Origin: Oscillospiraceae bacterium
GTDB taxonomy: Bacteria > Bacillota > Clostridia > UBA1212
NCBI GenBank assembly: GCA_015069195.1
Contig: SVJA01000003.1
Coordinates: forward strand, 129,838 to 193,837
Length of the DNA: 64,000 nt
Reading direction: 5' to 3'
Shown here: in pieces, positions 48,731-60,500 of the stretch
Layout: the number at the start of each line of letters is the position of its first letter
Numbering within the stretch: the stretch's first letter is position 1
The notes under the pieces: model-generated
Databases searched by the model: none
Told to the model about the DNA's origin: nothing
Seen by the model: the letters and a program-made list of their open reading frames with translations, nothing else
Position numbers and translations under genes: made by a program

Positions 48731-50035
48731 TTAAAGGCTTTCTAAGATGCCGAGGGCTCTTTTGCCTATATCATTTCTTTTATATTCGTTTTCGAATGTT
48801 ACACCGTTTGATGCAGCATAAGCTTTCTTTACTGCTTCTGCAAGGGTAGGGGCTGTCGCGGTAACTCCGAGAACTCGTCCGCCTGCGCTGAGTGTCTTTT
48901 CACCGTCTTTTTTAGCACCTGCATAGAAGATTTCAGCATCTCCGATAACGGAAGCATCCTCTTTTATTTCGAAGCCTGATTTGTAGCTCTGGGGATAACC
49001 GTTTGACGCCTTGATAACACAGCAAGCCGCTCTGTCTGCGAATTTAACTTCAACATCAGAAAGTCTCTTTTCGCTTACAGCAATCATTATTTCCATAAGA
49101 TCAGACTCCAAAAGCGGAAGCACTACCTGTGTTTCGGGATCGCCGAAACGGCAGTTGTATTCGATTACTTTAGGTCCTTTAGGAGTTATCATAAGTCCGA
49201 AGTAGAGGCAACCGCAGAATGTTCTGCCTTCGCTGTTCATCGCATTCATTGTGGGAAGGAAAATTTTCTCCATACAAACTTTTGCAACATCCTCTGTGTA
49301 GCAGGGATTCGGAGCTACAGTACCCATACCGCCTGTATTAAGGCCTGTGTCATTGTCTCCGATTCTCTTGTGGTCCATGGATGAAACCATCGGAACCATT
49401 GTTTTTCCGTCTGTGAATGAAAGTACGGATACTTCGGGACCTGTAAGGAATTCTTCGATTACGATGTTGTCACCGCTCTTGCCGAATACCTTGTCGCACA
49501 TAATAGAATTAACTGCATCGATAGCGTCTTCTTTTGTCTCTGCAATGATAACGCCTTTTCCGAGTGCCAATCCGTCTGCCTTGATAACAATCGGGAAAGT
49601 GTCTGAATTTTTTACATATTCGAGAGCAGCTTCTGCGCTGTTAAATACTTCGTATTCTGCTGTCGGAATACCGTACTTTTTCATAAGGTCTTTTGAGAAA
49701 ACCTTACTGCCTTCGATAATAGCAGCATTTGCGCGAGGACCGAAGCAGGGGATACCTTTTTCTTCGAGTTTGTCAACCGCACCGAGTACGAGCGGATCAT
49801 CGGGTGCAACTATTGCAAAGTCAATGTTGTTTGCAACGGCAAATTCGCATATTTTATCAATGTCTTTTGCACCGATTGCAACACATTCCGCATCGTTTGC
49901 CATGCCACCGTTTCCGGGGAGCGCATAAATCTTTCCTACGAGGGGACTTTGCTTTATTTTCTTTATGATAGCGTGCTCACGTCCGCCGCCGCCGACTACC
50001 ATAACAGTCATATTTTTAAAATTAGTTTCTGCCAT
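48731..50035 (-). CDS. purD: phosphoribosylamine--glycine ligase
   Basis: GGGGREHA; AAGGAG RBS. Confidence 0.95.
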   Translation of the reverse strand: MAETNFKNMTVMVVGGGGREHAIIKKIKQSPLVGKIYALPGNGGMANDAECVAIGAKDIDKICEFAVANNIDFAIVAPDDPLVLGAVDKLEEKGIPCFGPRANAAIIEGSKVFSKDLMKKYGIPTAEYEVFNSAEAALEYVKNSDTFPIVIKADGLALGKGVIIAETKEDAIDAVNSIMCDKVFGKSGDNIVIEEFLTGPEVSVLSFTDGKTMVPMVSSMDHKRIGDNDTGLNTGGMGTVAPNPCYTEDVAKVCMEKIFLPTMNAMNSEGRTFCGCLYFGLMITPKGPKVIEYNCRFGDPETQVVLPLLESDLMEIMIAVSEKRLSDVEVKFADRAACCVIKASNGYPQSYKSGFEIKEDASVIGDAEIFYAGAKKDGEKTLSAGGRVLGVTATAPTLAEAVKKAYAASNGVTFENEYKRNDIGKRALGILESL

Positions 50036-50051
50036 TATTGTCTCCTTAAAA

Positions 50052-51236
50052 TCAATGGTGGAAAAGTCTCATTTTTGTGAATGCCATTGCCATATTGTAC
50101 TTGTCGCATACGGAAATAACATTATCATCTCTGATAGAACCGCCGGGCTGTGCAATGTATGAAACACCGCTCTTTTTTGCTCTTTCGATGTTGTCACCGA
50201 AGGGGAAGAATGCGTCTGACCCGAGTGATACACCTGTGATTGTATCAAGGTAAGCTCTCTGCTCAGCTTTTGTGAACGGCTCAGGTCTTTCTGCGAAATA
50301 CTGCTGCCATACATCATCGCCGAGTACGTCGTCACATTCATCTGAAATGTATACGTCGATAACGTTGTCTCTGTCGGCTCTTCCTAAGCCCTCTCTGAAC
50401 TTGAGTCCGAGAACTTTGTCGTGCTGTCTTAAGTGCCAGATGTCTGCTTTGTTTCCTGCAAGTCTTGTGCAGTGGATTCTGGACTGCTGTCCTGCACCTA
50501 CGCCGATAGCCTGTCCGTCAACTGCGTAGCAAACTGAATTCGACTGAGTGTACTTGAGTGTGATAAGTGCAATGATAAGATCTTTCTTAGCATTTTCGGG
50601 AATCTCTTTGTTGTTTGTTACGATTTCTGTCAAAAGGTCGTAATCAATCTTAAATTCATTTCTTCCCTGCTCAAATGTGATTCCGTAAACCTGCTTGCGT
50701 TCGAGCGGATCGGGCTTGAAGTTTTCGTCAATCTTTACGATGTTGTAGTTTCCTTTACGTTTGCTCTTAAGAATTTCAAGAGCCTCGTCTGTGTAGCCGG
50801 GAGCGATAACACCGTCTGATACTTCTCTCTGTATGAGTTTTGCTGTTGTAGCGTCGCATACATCGCTGAGTGCAATCCAGTCACCGAATGATGACATACG
50901 GTCGGTGCCGCGAGCGCGTGCGTAAGCACAAGCGAGCGGTGAATCGTCAAGTCCTTCTATATCGTCAACAAAACAAGCTTTTTTTAATTTGTCGCTGAGT
51001 TTTGTACCGATAGCCGCGCTGGTGGGACTTACGTGTTTGAATGAAGCAGCAGCGGGCTCGCCGAGAGCCTCTTTTATTTCTTTTACAAGCTGCCAGCTGT
51101 TGAAGGCATCAAGAAAATTTATATATCCCGGACGTCCGCAAAGAACTTCTATCGGAAGGTCGCTTCCGTCGTGCATAAATATTTTTGAGGGCTTTTGGTT
51201 GGGGTTACAACCGTATTTTAATTCCATTTCGTTCAT
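50052..51236 (-). CDS. purH: AICAR formyltransferase (PurH C-terminal-domain type, lacks IMP cyclohydrolase domain)
   Basis: PurH AICARFT motifs SDAFFPF, GGSIRD; only 394 aa. Confidence 0.85.
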   Translation of the reverse strand: MNEMELKYGCNPNQKPSKIFMHDGSDLPIEVLCGRPGYINFLDAFNSWQLVKEIKEALGEPAAASFKHVSPTSAAIGTKLSDKLKKACFVDDIEGLDDSPLACAYARARGTDRMSSFGDWIALSDVCDATTAKLIQREVSDGVIAPGYTDEALEILKSKRKGNYNIVKIDENFKPDPLERKQVYGITFEQGRNEFKIDYDLLTEIVTNNKEIPENAKKDLIIALITLKYTQSNSVCYAVDGQAIGVGAGQQSRIHCTRLAGNKADIWHLRQHDKVLGLKFREGLGRADRDNVIDVYISDECDDVLGDDVWQQYFAERPEPFTKAEQRAYLDTITGVSLGSDAFFPFGDNIERAKKSGVSYIAQPGGSIRDDNVISVCDKYNMAMAFTKMRLFHH

Positions 51237-51964
51237 TTTACTGCTCCTTCGTTTTTGTTAATCATTCTTGCTTCGTATTTGCCGCTTTCTAAGTCAACGT
51301 AGCGTACATAAAGCGAAATTTTGTTGTTTTCGTTGAGGTTATTCCAGATAACATTTGTGAATTCGTCAATGTCATTTGGTACGATAACTCTCTCGGGCTC
51401 TCCCTGGAATGTCGGTATCGGATTTCCGTCACATACATATGTGTGGATGAAATGTCCGAGTCCTGCTTTTGCGGGGTAGCTGAAAGTGAATCTTGCACAG
51501 TCTGAACCGACTTCGTCAAGGCTCTTTAAGATACTCATTTTGTATGTGAAGTCATTTCCGGCAAATGTCATAATACCGCTGATTCTCGGTGTAAAGTTCG
51601 GACCGTCGGGCTCAAAGCATCTTGTGTCGAGCGCTTCTTCAAAAGTCTTGCCGTCCTTTATGAAATCGTATACAGTATCTGTCTGGTCGCCGTTTGTTAC
51701 GATAAGCTTGTTGTCGATTACTCTTACGGGAGAGTAGATGATAAGTGACGGATCTTCGAGTTTTGACGGATCGTAAGCATTTATTACGATGTCATCTCCG
51801 TTCTTTATGAGGATACGGTTTCTGCTGTTTTCGCTTCTTCCCATTATGAAGTATGCCGTAACTGCTTTTTTTCCGTCTTCACTTTTTCCTATTACGATAC
51901 CTCTTCCGACATATTCGTTGTCTTTTATGAGTTCGCCGATGTCATTAACTTTGTATATATTCAT
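51233..51964 (-). CDS. purO: IMP cyclohydrolase, PurO (archaeal) type
   Basis: YVGRGIVIG...YFIMGRSENSRNR PurO motifs; ATG 51964 after GGAGGA. Confidence 0.75.
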   Translation of the reverse strand: MNIYKVNDIGELIKDNEYVGRGIVIGKSEDGKKAVTAYFIMGRSENSRNRILIKNGDDIVINAYDPSKLEDPSLIIYSPVRVIDNKLIVTNGDQTDTVYDFIKDGKTFEEALDTRCFEPDGPNFTPRISGIMTFAGNDFTYKMSILKSLDEVGSDCARFTFSYPAKAGLGHFIHTYVCDGNPIPTFQGEPERVIVPNDIDEFTNVIWNNLNENNKISLYVRYVDLESGKYEARMINKNEGAVK

Positions 51965-51981
51965 GGTATCCTCCGATTTGA

Positions 51982-52593
51982 TTATTTTCTGTTTGCAGCA
52001 ATGTCTGCCGCCACGATTTCCGCTGCCTGCGGAAGTATTTTCCATTCGGCTTCTTCCATAACACGTTTCTGGAGAACTTCGGGAGTGTCTCCGTCCTGAA
52101 TGGTAACTGCCTTCTGAAGAATTATTTTTCCGCCGTCGGGTATTTCGTTTACAAAATGTACCGTCGCACCTGTAACTTTTACTCCGTATCCGAGTGCCGC
52201 TTCGTGGACATGAAGTCCGTAGAAACCTTCACCGCAGAATGACGGTATGAGAGAAGGGTGGACATTTATTATTCTGTTTTCCCATCTTTTCGTGAAGTCT
52301 GCACTGAGTATGCACATGAATCCCGCGAGGATTATCATTTCGACTTCTGCTTTTTTGAGTTCTGCAAGAAGCTTTTCCTCAAAATCTGCTTGCCCCGCAC
52401 ATTCTTTTTTGCAAACCACTGCTGTGGGGATGTTTGCGTTTGCCGCACGTGTGAGTGCGTATGCCGTAGGCTTGTCCGCTATGACGGTAACGATTTCACC
52501 GCTTTTTATGATGGCGCTTTTCTGTGCATCTATAAGTGCCTGGAGATTTGTGCCGCCGCCTGAAACAAGCACCGCTATTTTAGTCTTTAGCAT
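51982..52593 (-). CDS. purN: phosphoribosylglycinamide formyltransferase
   Basis: GART family. Confidence 0.93.
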   Translation of the reverse strand: MLKTKIAVLVSGGGTNLQALIDAQKSAIIKSGEIVTVIADKPTAYALTRAANANIPTAVVCKKECAGQADFEEKLLAELKKAEVEMIILAGFMCILSADFTKRWENRIINVHPSLIPSFCGEGFYGLHVHEAALGYGVKVTGATVHFVNEIPDGGKIILQKAVTIQDGDTPEVLQKRVMEEAEWKILPQAAEIVAADIAANRK

Positions 52594-53627
52594 ATTACAA
52601 CACCCTCGTCGGATTTGATAACTTCGCCGATGATGTAAGCGTCTTCTCCTGCGTTTCTGAGAATCTCAACTGCTTTGTCAGCATCTTTTTTGTCAACGAT
52701 AACGCTCATACCTACACCCATATTGAATGTGTTAAACATATCTCTTTCTGGAATGTTACCTTTTTTCTGGATGAGTTTGAAGATAGGAAGAACTTTTACT
52801 GCACTCTTGTCAATCTTTGCACCGAGTCCTTTAGGAATACTTCTCGGAATGTTTTCATAGAAACCACCGCCTGTGATGTGTGAAACGCCTTTAACTTTAA
52901 TTTCGTCAAAGAGTGCGAGCATAGGCTTTACGTAAATCTTTGTAGGAGTGAGAAGTGTCTCTCCGATAGATTTTCCGCCGAGCTCTTTGCAAGGTGATTT
53001 GATGTCTGCATTTTCTACATCGAGAACTTTTCTTACGAGTGAGAAACCGTTTGAGTGAACACCGCTAGATGCAAGAGCGATGATTACGTCGCCTTCTGCG
53101 ATTGTGTTGTTGTCGATGAGTTTGTCTTTGTCAACGATACCTGTTGAGTAACCTGCAAGGTCGTATTCGTCCTCAGGGTAGAATCCGGGCATCTCTGCTG
53201 TCTCACCGCCGATGAGTGCACAGCCTGCCTGTACGCAACCTTCTGCAACACCTTCTACGATGGATGCAACTTTTTCGGGAAAGTTTTTTCCTACTGCGAT
53301 GTAGTCGAGGAAGAACAACGGTTTTGCACCGCAGCAGATGATATCGTTTACACACATAGCTACGCAGTCGATACCTACTGTATTGTGCTTGTCCATAATG
53401 AAAGCGAGTTTCAATTTTGTACCTACGCCGTCTGTGCCGCTTACGAGTATCGGCTTTGTGATACCTGTCATATCAAGTTCAAAAGCTCCGCCGAAACCGC
53501 CGATATCGGAGGAAACTCCTTTTGTGGCAGTTCTTTTTATGTGGCTCTTCATAAGCTCTACTGCTTTGTAACCTGCGGTAATGTCAACACCGGCTTCTTT
53601 ATAACTTTCACTAAAACTTTTTTCCAT
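52587..53627 (-). CDS. purM: phosphoribosylformylglycinamidine cyclo-ligase
   Basis: AIR synthetase family. Confidence 0.95.
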   Translation of the reverse strand: MEKSFSESYKEAGVDITAGYKAVELMKSHIKRTATKGVSSDIGGFGGAFELDMTGITKPILVSGTDGVGTKLKLAFIMDKHNTVGIDCVAMCVNDIICCGAKPLFFLDYIAVGKNFPEKVASIVEGVAEGCVQAGCALIGGETAEMPGFYPEDEYDLAGYSTGIVDKDKLIDNNTIAEGDVIIALASSGVHSNGFSLVRKVLDVENADIKSPCKELGGKSIGETLLTPTKIYVKPMLALFDEIKVKGVSHITGGGFYENIPRSIPKGLGAKIDKSAVKVLPIFKLIQKKGNIPERDMFNTFNMGVGMSVIVDKKDADKAVEILRNAGEDAYIIGEVIKSDEGVVIC

Positions 53628-55090
53628 TATTTCTTTCCTCCGTCTTTTTTATCAGTTCTTTCACTGAGTTTTTTATCATATTTGTTCTGCTGGTCTCCAA
53701 CCGGAATTTCGGTGGGGTAGTTGCCGTCAAAACATGCTGTGCAGTACTTTTCTGTATCTTCACCTGCAAGTTTTACCACATTTTCAAGACTTAAATATCC
53801 GAGTGTGTCGGCACCGATTATATCTGCAATCTCATCTATCGTATGTTTGCACGCGATGAGTTTGTCTTTTGAGTCAATGTCCGTTCCGTAATAACAGGGA
53901 TTGGTGAACGGCGGCGAAGATATTCTCATATGGACTTCGGTAGCACCTGCATCTCTTAAGAGTTTTACTATTCTTGCACTTGTAGTACCTCTTACGATGG
54001 AGTCATCAATCAAGACTACGCGTTTGCCCATTACCGTATCGCTTATAGGATTGAGTTTTATGCGGACAAGATCTTCTCTTGCTTTCTGACCCGGCGCGAT
54101 AAATGTACGGCCGATGTATTTGTTTTTCAAGAATCCTATTCCGTAGGGGATGCCTGACTGTGTGGAGTAACCGATAGCGGCGTCAAGTCCTGAATCCGGA
54201 ACACCGATTACGATGTCTGCTTCTACCGGATGCTCTTTTGCGAGGAACGCACCTGCGCGTCTTCTGGCTTTGTGAACCGAGCAACCCTCCATCGTGGAGT
54301 CGGGTCTTGCGAAGTAAACATACTCAAATACGCAAAGTGACTGTTTGCATTTTCCGCAATGTGTCATATTGCTCTTAATACCGTTTTTGTCAACAACCAT
54401 GATTTCTCCCGGTTTGAGTTCTCTTACGAGAGTAGCGCCTACCGCATCAAGTGCACAGCTTTCTGAAGCAAATACATAGCTTCCGTCTTTTGTTGTGCCG
54501 TAGCAAAGCGGTTTTATACCGCCGGGGTCTCTGGCTGCGATAAGCTTTGTAGGTGACATAACTACGAAGGAGTATGCTCCTTTGAGTTTTGCCATAGCGC
54601 GGTTTATCGCTTCTTCTATTGAGGGGCTCTGGATGCGCTCTCTGATAATCATATGTGAGATGAGTTCGGCGTCGCTCGCTGTATAGAATATTGCACCTGC
54701 CATTTCGAGTTCTTGTCTGAGCTCAAAGGCGTTTACGAGGCAACCGTTATTTGCAAGTGCCATGCGGCCTTTTACGTGATTTACGAGTATCGGCTGGCTG
54801 TTTGCTCTTGCATTTCCTCCTGCAGCTCCGTAACATACATGACCTATCGCCATAGTACCCTGACCGAGTTTTTCAAGCTTTTCTGCATCAAAGACTTCGT
54901 TAACAAGTCCTACATCTTTGTACGTGTTGAAAAGTCCGTCATCATTTACACAGATACCGCAACTTTGCTGACCTCTGTGCTGGAGTGCATAAAGTCCGTA
55001 GTATACAAGGTGAGCAACGTCTTCTGTTTGTTGCGAGTATATACCGAACACTCCGCATTCTTCGTTTAATTTGTTTTGTGTGTTGTCCAT
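53627..55090 (-). CDS. purF: amidophosphoribosyltransferase
   Basis: N-terminal CGVFGIY Ntn, C-terminal Fe-S cysteines. Confidence 0.95.
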   Translation of the reverse strand: MDNTQNKLNEECGVFGIYSQQTEDVAHLVYYGLYALQHRGQQSCGICVNDDGLFNTYKDVGLVNEVFDAEKLEKLGQGTMAIGHVCYGAAGGNARANSQPILVNHVKGRMALANNGCLVNAFELRQELEMAGAIFYTASDAELISHMIIRERIQSPSIEEAINRAMAKLKGAYSFVVMSPTKLIAARDPGGIKPLCYGTTKDGSYVFASESCALDAVGATLVRELKPGEIMVVDKNGIKSNMTHCGKCKQSLCVFEYVYFARPDSTMEGCSVHKARRRAGAFLAKEHPVEADIVIGVPDSGLDAAIGYSTQSGIPYGIGFLKNKYIGRTFIAPGQKAREDLVRIKLNPISDTVMGKRVVLIDDSIVRGTTSARIVKLLRDAGATEVHMRISSPPFTNPCYYGTDIDSKDKLIACKHTIDEIADIIGADTLGYLSLENVVKLAGEDTEKYCTACFDGNYPTEIPVGDQQNKYDKKLSERTDKKDGGKK

Positions 55091-55168
55091 GTAGACATCT
55101 CCTGAATAAAAATTTTCTTTCTGAAATTTTTATCGTTTGTAGAAATTTATGTGCTTCAAAAATGTAAA

Positions 55169-55663
55169 TTAATTTGAAAAACGAGCACTGATGGCTTCAT
55201 TCTTTTTGAGTACTGCCTCAGCTGCGCTTCTTCTCGCTGCGTCGAGCTTGTCTGCAATATCGGCATCGCTTACGGATAAAATCTGAAGTGCAAGAAGTGC
55301 TGCGTTTGCTGCTCCGTCGATAGCTACTGTCGCAACCGGAATACCTGAAGGCATCTGTACGGTAGAGAGAAGTGCGTCAAGTCCGTCAAGTGTGGATGAC
55401 TTTACCGGAATACCGATAACGGGAAGCGTAGTGTTTGCTGCAATGGCACCTGCAAGGTGAGCTGCCTTTCCTGCCGCGGCAATAATAGCTCCGAAACCGT
55501 TCTGTCTTGCGTTTACTGAAAACTCCTTCGCTTCGACAGGTGTTCTGTGAGCGGAGTATACATGAACCTCATACGGTACACCGTATTCTTCGAGAACCTG
55601 TATTCCTTTTTCTACAACGGGCAAATCGCTGTCGCTACCCATAATAATTGCAATTTTTTTCAT
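55169..55663 (-). CDS. purE: 5-(carboxyamino)imidazole ribonucleotide mutase
   Basis: ATG 55663 ([13 protein letters not shown]...) after AAAGGA. Confidence 0.93.
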   Translation of the reverse strand: MKKIAIIMGSDSDLPVVEKGIQVLEEYGVPYEVHVYSAHRTPVEAKEFSVNARQNGFGAIIAAAGKAAHLAGAIAANTTLPVIGIPVKSSTLDGLDALLSTVQMPSGIPVATVAIDGAANAALLALQILSVSDADIADKLDAARRSAAEAVLKKNEAISARFSN

Positions 55664-55710
55664 GTCAGAAAATCCTTTCAACTGTATGATAAAATTCAAA
55701 TTTTATTTAG

Positions 55711-55752
55711 TAAAAATTAAAACCGCCTGCACCTATGCACAAGGTCAGGCAG
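55711..55752 (-). promoter_or_regulatory. terminator-like attenuator hairpin + U-tract in pur operon leader
   Basis: GCCTGACC...GGTGCAGGC followed by GGTTTTAATTTTT, ~50 nt upstream of purE. Confidence 0.35.
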
Positions 55753-55971
55753 TTTCGATTACAAATGTAGTGTTTTTCTTTGCACTAATCCCCTTCTGTA
55801 AGGGAAAATAGGTGCAATAAGTCTGATAAGAAGTTGCACTCGGACATATGCATTTAGTTCGTCCTGCTGTATACTGTTTTTCTTCCAAAAAAGAAGCGCT
55901 AAAACAACACAATCGCATGGAAAGCGTCCTCCAATCAAACATTGATTTTCCTTATCGAAAAATCAATTTCA

Positions 55972-56000
55972 ATTCTACTATTTTCGACCTGTTTTGTCAA
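55972..56000 (-). promoter_or_regulatory. pur operon promoter TTGACA-17-TAGAAT
   Basis: Exact -35, 17-nt spacer; gives ~300-nt leader. Confidence 0.5.
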
Positions 56001-56029
56001 TGTGATTTAGCTTATTTTTCTGCAAAAAT

Positions 56030-56072
56030 AAGAACCGCGGAATTGTTCGGAAAACAATTCTGCGGTTCCGAT
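56030..56072 (-). terminator. intrinsic terminator after yhbY (16-bp stem)
   Basis: GAACCGCGGAATTGTT-cggaa-AACAATTCTGCGGTTC; T-run on minus strand. Confidence 0.6.
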
Positions 56073-56081
56073 AAAATTCAA

Positions 56082-56387
56082 TTAAAGATAATCGTCATAC
56101 TGTCCTTTTTCGGGATTTCGTCTGTATAAAACGATTCTGCTTCCGATGACCTGGATAACTTCGCACTGTAATGTGTCGGAGAGGATATTTGCAACCTCAC
56201 GCGAGTCATATTCGCAGTTTTCGAGAACTTTTACTTTTATAAGTTCTCTTGCGGTGAGTACATCATCTGCCTGTTTTATAACAGTATCTATAACCCCGCC
56301 TTTTCCGATGTGGAGGATAGGGTCGAGTTTCATCGCTACACCGCGAAGTGTAGCTCTTTGTTTACTTCTGAGTTTTGATTCGTACAT
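56082..56387 (-). CDS. yhbY: YhbY/CRM-domain RNA-binding ribosome assembly protein
   Basis: LRGVAMKLDPILHIGKGGV motif; ATG 56387 after AGGAGA. Confidence 0.8.
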   Translation of the reverse strand: MYESKLRSKQRATLRGVAMKLDPILHIGKGGVIDTVIKQADDVLTARELIKVKVLENCEYDSREVANILSDTLQCEVIQVIGSRIVLYRRNPEKGQYDDYL

Positions 56388-56412
56388 TTTTTGTCTCCTA
56401 TGCAATATAATA

Positions 56413-57387
56413 TCAGCTGCGGTCGAGTTCATCGGCAAATACAGCTCTGGAAAGAGCTTTTTTACCGTCTTTCTGCATGCATTCGATTCTGTAGAATTTG
56501 TATCCTTTAGGAAATTCAACAACATGGTCTGTAACAGTGTCGGAAAGATCTCTCTTTAACGAAACAAGACGTGAGTCTGTAAGAACAAGAAGGCTCATAA
56601 CCGGTGAACATTTTATGTGGAGAACATCTTTGTCCTCATATGAGTCGATATAAAACTCTTCGATGGTCGGACCGTTTGTTGCATAACATTCTTTTCTCTC
56701 AAGTGCCCCCATAACGGCATCGTACGCAAGTGCAGGAGCTTTTATCATAGTCCAGCCGCCGAAGCAATCGTTGTAAGGTCCGTGAATATCCTCTGCAAAA
56801 GAATGGTTGTCGTCTGTGGCAACTGCTGTAGCTCTTTTGCCGTTTCGGCAATAACAATCATACTCGTATTCTGCCCAGCCGTTGTGCATCTCGGTTTCGC
56901 AACCGTAGTTAAGAACTTCGAATGCAAAGAGACCTTCGAGGTCTATGAAATCGTTTACCGTCTGATAAGACCATCTGGGGTGGTTGTATTGAACAAGGAA
57001 CCCTGCCTCATTAGCATCATTTATGATTTTCTGAATATTCTCTACGCTGTATTTTCTGTCGATTTCGATGAAGTCAGTTCTGTCAGGATCTTTTGAGTAG
57101 AAATTTATATGATAAGTTTTCATGGTGCCCCAAGTAGGTCTTTCGGGACAGAGCTCGTCGTCGAAATTGTATTCTGCCGCAGTAATAGGCAAAAACTCTT
57201 CGTCACGCAAATCGTTGTGCGGAATAACAGTATTGTGGTCTGAATATGCAATGATGCTGTAACCACGTTCTTTGTATATTTCTTTAAGGTGTTCAGGCGT
57301 GAACTTTCCGTCTGAGCAAGTGCTGTGACAATGAAGATTTGCCTTGTAAAAGTTTCCTTCTTTCGGAAGAATATAATTTCGTGCCAT
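56413..57387 (-). CDS. PHP-domain metal-dependent phosphoesterase
   Basis: HCHSTCSDG ... YSDHNT PHP motifs. Confidence 0.8.
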   Translation of the reverse strand: MARNYILPKEGNFYKANLHCHSTCSDGKFTPEHLKEIYKERGYSIIAYSDHNTVIPHNDLRDEEFLPITAAEYNFDDELCPERPTWGTMKTYHINFYSKDPDRTDFIEIDRKYSVENIQKIINDANEAGFLVQYNHPRWSYQTVNDFIDLEGLFAFEVLNYGCETEMHNGWAEYEYDCYCRNGKRATAVATDDNHSFAEDIHGPYNDCFGGWTMIKAPALAYDAVMGALERKECYATNGPTIEEFYIDSYEDKDVLHIKCSPVMSLLVLTDSRLVSLKRDLSDTVTDHVVEFPKGYKFYRIECMQKDGKKALSRAVFADELDRS

Positions 57388-57467
57388 TATTTTATCTTAC
57401 CTTTCAGATAATAGTTGCGTACTCAATACATAAAAATGATAACAAAATTTGTACCAAAAAGCAATAT

Positions 57468-57496
57468 AGGGATGTGACTTGAAAGTCGCATCCCTA
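57468..57496 (-). terminator. intrinsic terminator after PFOR
   Basis: AGGGATGTGAC-ttgaaa-GTCGCATCCCT; T-rich on minus. Confidence 0.55.
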
Positions 57497-57524
57497 TCAA
57501 TATACGTTCAAAAATAATTTTTAA

Positions 57525-60500
57525 TTATTTTCCGTAGAGCTCATTGAGTTTCATAAGGTGCTCATAACGCTCAACTGATTTTTCTTCAGCCTTTGTGAAC
57601 AATTCTTCAGCTCTCTCAGGGAACTCTCTTGTAAGACGGTTGTAACGAGCTTCGTTCATGATGAACTCACGGTAGCTTGTTGTAGCCGCTTTGCTGTCAA
57701 CTGTGAAAGGATTCTTTCCTTCTGCCTTGAGAGCAGGGTTGTAACGGAACATATTCCAGTAACCGCAGTCAACTGCTTTCTTCATCTCAGCCTGACAGTT
57801 CTGCATACCGCCCTTGATTGAGTGCATCTCACAAGGTGCGTAACCGATGATAAGTGACGGACCCGGATATGCCTCAGCCTCTGCGATAGCTTTGATTGTC
57901 TGGTTCATGTCAGCGCCCATAGCAATCTGTGCAACGTAGATGTAGCCGTAAGACATTGCGATCTCTGCAAGGCTCTTCTTTGCGATAGCCTTACCTGCAG
58001 CGGCAAACTGTGCAACCTGACCGATCTGTGAAGCCTTGGAAGCCTGTCCGCCTGTATTTGAGTAAACCTCTGTATCGAATACCATGATGTTTACATCTTC
58101 GCCTGAAGCGAGAACGTGGTCAACACCGCCGAATCCGATATCGTAAGCCCAACCGTCACCACCGAAAATCCAGATGGATTTCTTTGAGAGGTATTCTTTG
58201 CTCTTGAGGATTTCTTTTGCTGCGTCGCATCCGCAATCTTCGAGAACTGCAACGAGTGCCTTTGTAGCTGCTGCATTCTTTGTGCCGTCGTCAAGAGTTG
58301 CGAGGTATTCGTCAATAGCTGCCTTTACATCGTCTCTCTTAGCATTTTCGCGGAGGTCTTTTACCTGAGCGATAAGGCGTTTACGGATAGCTTTCTGTCC
58401 GAGGTACATACCGAGACCGTGCTCTGCGTTATCCTCGAAGAGTGAGTTAGCCCAAGCAGGTCCGAAACCGTCTTTGTTTGTTGTGTACGGTGAAGTAGCA
58501 GCAGGACCGCCCCAGATAGATGAACAACCTGTAGCATTTGAAATGTACATTCTGTCACCGAAGAGCTGTGTAACGAGTCTTGCATATGCTGTCTCAGCAC
58601 AACCTGCACAAGAACCTGAGAACTCGAGGAGAGGCTGTTTGTACTGGCTGCTGATAACTGTAGAACCGCAGATTTCGGGTTTCTCTGTAACGTTAGCAAC
58701 ACAGTAATCAAATACTTTCTGCTGATCTTCCTGTGATTCTCTCGGAACCATCTTGAGCGATTTAGTAGGACATACACCGATACATACGCCGCAACCCATA
58801 CAGTCAAGCGGTGAAATAGCGAGTGTATATGTGTAATCTGTTTTTACGATCGGCTTCGGAGATTTCTTCATGTTCTCGGGAGCTGCTGCAACCTCGTCTG
58901 CATTGAGAGCGAAAGGTCTGATAGTAGCGTGAGGACATACGAATGAACACTTGTTACATTTAGCACATGTCTCTGCATTCCATGAAGGAACAGTAACTGC
59001 AACACCGCGCTTCTCAAATGCTGAAGCACCCTGGCAGAATGTACCGTCTGCGTAGTCTACGAAAGCAGATACGGGGAGTGAATCGCCGTCCATCTTTGAA
59101 ACGGGCTCCATGATACCTTCAACCATTTTCTCGAGCTGTGTAGAATCTGCGTTTGAAGCAGCAGCTTCTTTAAGCTCAATCTTCTTCCAAGCAGCAGGAA
59201 CTCTGATTTTCTTGAATGCTGATACACCGGCATCAATAGCCTTGTGGTTCATGTCAACGACATCCTGTCCTTTTTTGAGGTAGGACTTTGTAGCGGCGTC
59301 TTTCATGTAACCTACAGCTTCTTCGATTGGCATTACGTTTGCGAGTGCAAAGAATGCTGCCTGGAGAATTGTGTTTGTACGCTTACCCATACCGATCTTA
59401 GCGGCGAGGTCGATAGCGTTAACTGTGTAGAGCTGAATCTTGTTCTTAGCAATGTAGAGTTTTGCTTCATCAGAGAGATGCTGCTCGAGCTCTTTTGCTT
59501 TCCACTGGCAGTTGATAAGGAATACACCGCCGGGCTTAACGTCATTAACCATCTTGTAACCTTTTGTTACATATGAAGGGTTGTGACATGCAACAAAGTC
59601 AGCTTTGTTGATATAGTAGGGGCTCTTTATCGGCTGATCTCCGAAACGAAGGTGAGAAATTGTGATACCGCCTGTTTTCTTTGAGTCATACTGGAAGTAA
59701 GCCTGAACGAACTTATCTGTGTGGTCACCGATGATCTTTATGGAGTTTTTGTTAGCACCAACTGTACCGTCACCGCCGAGACCCCAGAATTTACATTCGA
59801 TAGTACCCTTAGCAGCTGTGTTCGGAGCAGCTTTCTCTTCAAGTGAAAGGTATGTAACGTCGTCATTGATACCGAGAGTAAAGCGTGACTTCGGATTCTT
59901 CTTAGCAAGCTCGTTGTAAACAGCGAAGATGCTTGCCGGGGGAGTATCCTTTGAACCGAGACCGTAACGGCCGCCGATGATAGTAGCTTTTCTGTTCATA
60001 GCGCTCATAGCAGCAACTACATCGAGGTAGAGAGGCTCACCGAGAGCACCGGGCTCTTTTGTTCTGTCGAGAACTGCGATCTTCTTAGCTGTAGTAGGAA
60101 TAGCTTCAACAAGCTTTTCTGCTGAGAAAGGACGGTACAAACGAACTTTTACGAGACCGACTTTCTTACCCTTAGCAACGAGGTAATCGATAACTTCTTC
60201 TGCAACATCACAGATAGAACCCATAGCGATGATAACTTTGTCAGCATCGGGAGCACCGTAGTAGTTGAAGAGTTTGTAATCTGTACCGAGTTTTGCGTTA
60301 ACTTTGTCCATATATTCTTCAACAATGCCTGGAACTGCATCATAGTATGCGTTACAAGCTTCTCTGTGCTGGAAGAATATATCTCCGTTTTCGTGTGAAC
60401 CACGCATTACGGGACGCTCAGGGTTGAGTGCACGCTTACGGAATGCTTCAACAGCATCCATATCGCACATTTCTTTGAGGTCTTCGTAATCCCAGATACC

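Noticed and set aside
55745-55942. 65-aa Cys-rich ORF in the pur leader (minus strand)
   Set aside because: No RBS and unusual composition. It lies within the 5' UTR and is more likely untranslated leader RNA. A leader peptide cannot be fully excluded.
55664-56000. Purine (guanine/adenine) or ZTP riboswitch upstream of purE
   Set aside because: I searched both strands for UAUA / GUUUCUACC / CCGUAAAU / GACUAUG and the ZTP pseudoknot motif and found none. Only a generic terminator hairpin is visible.
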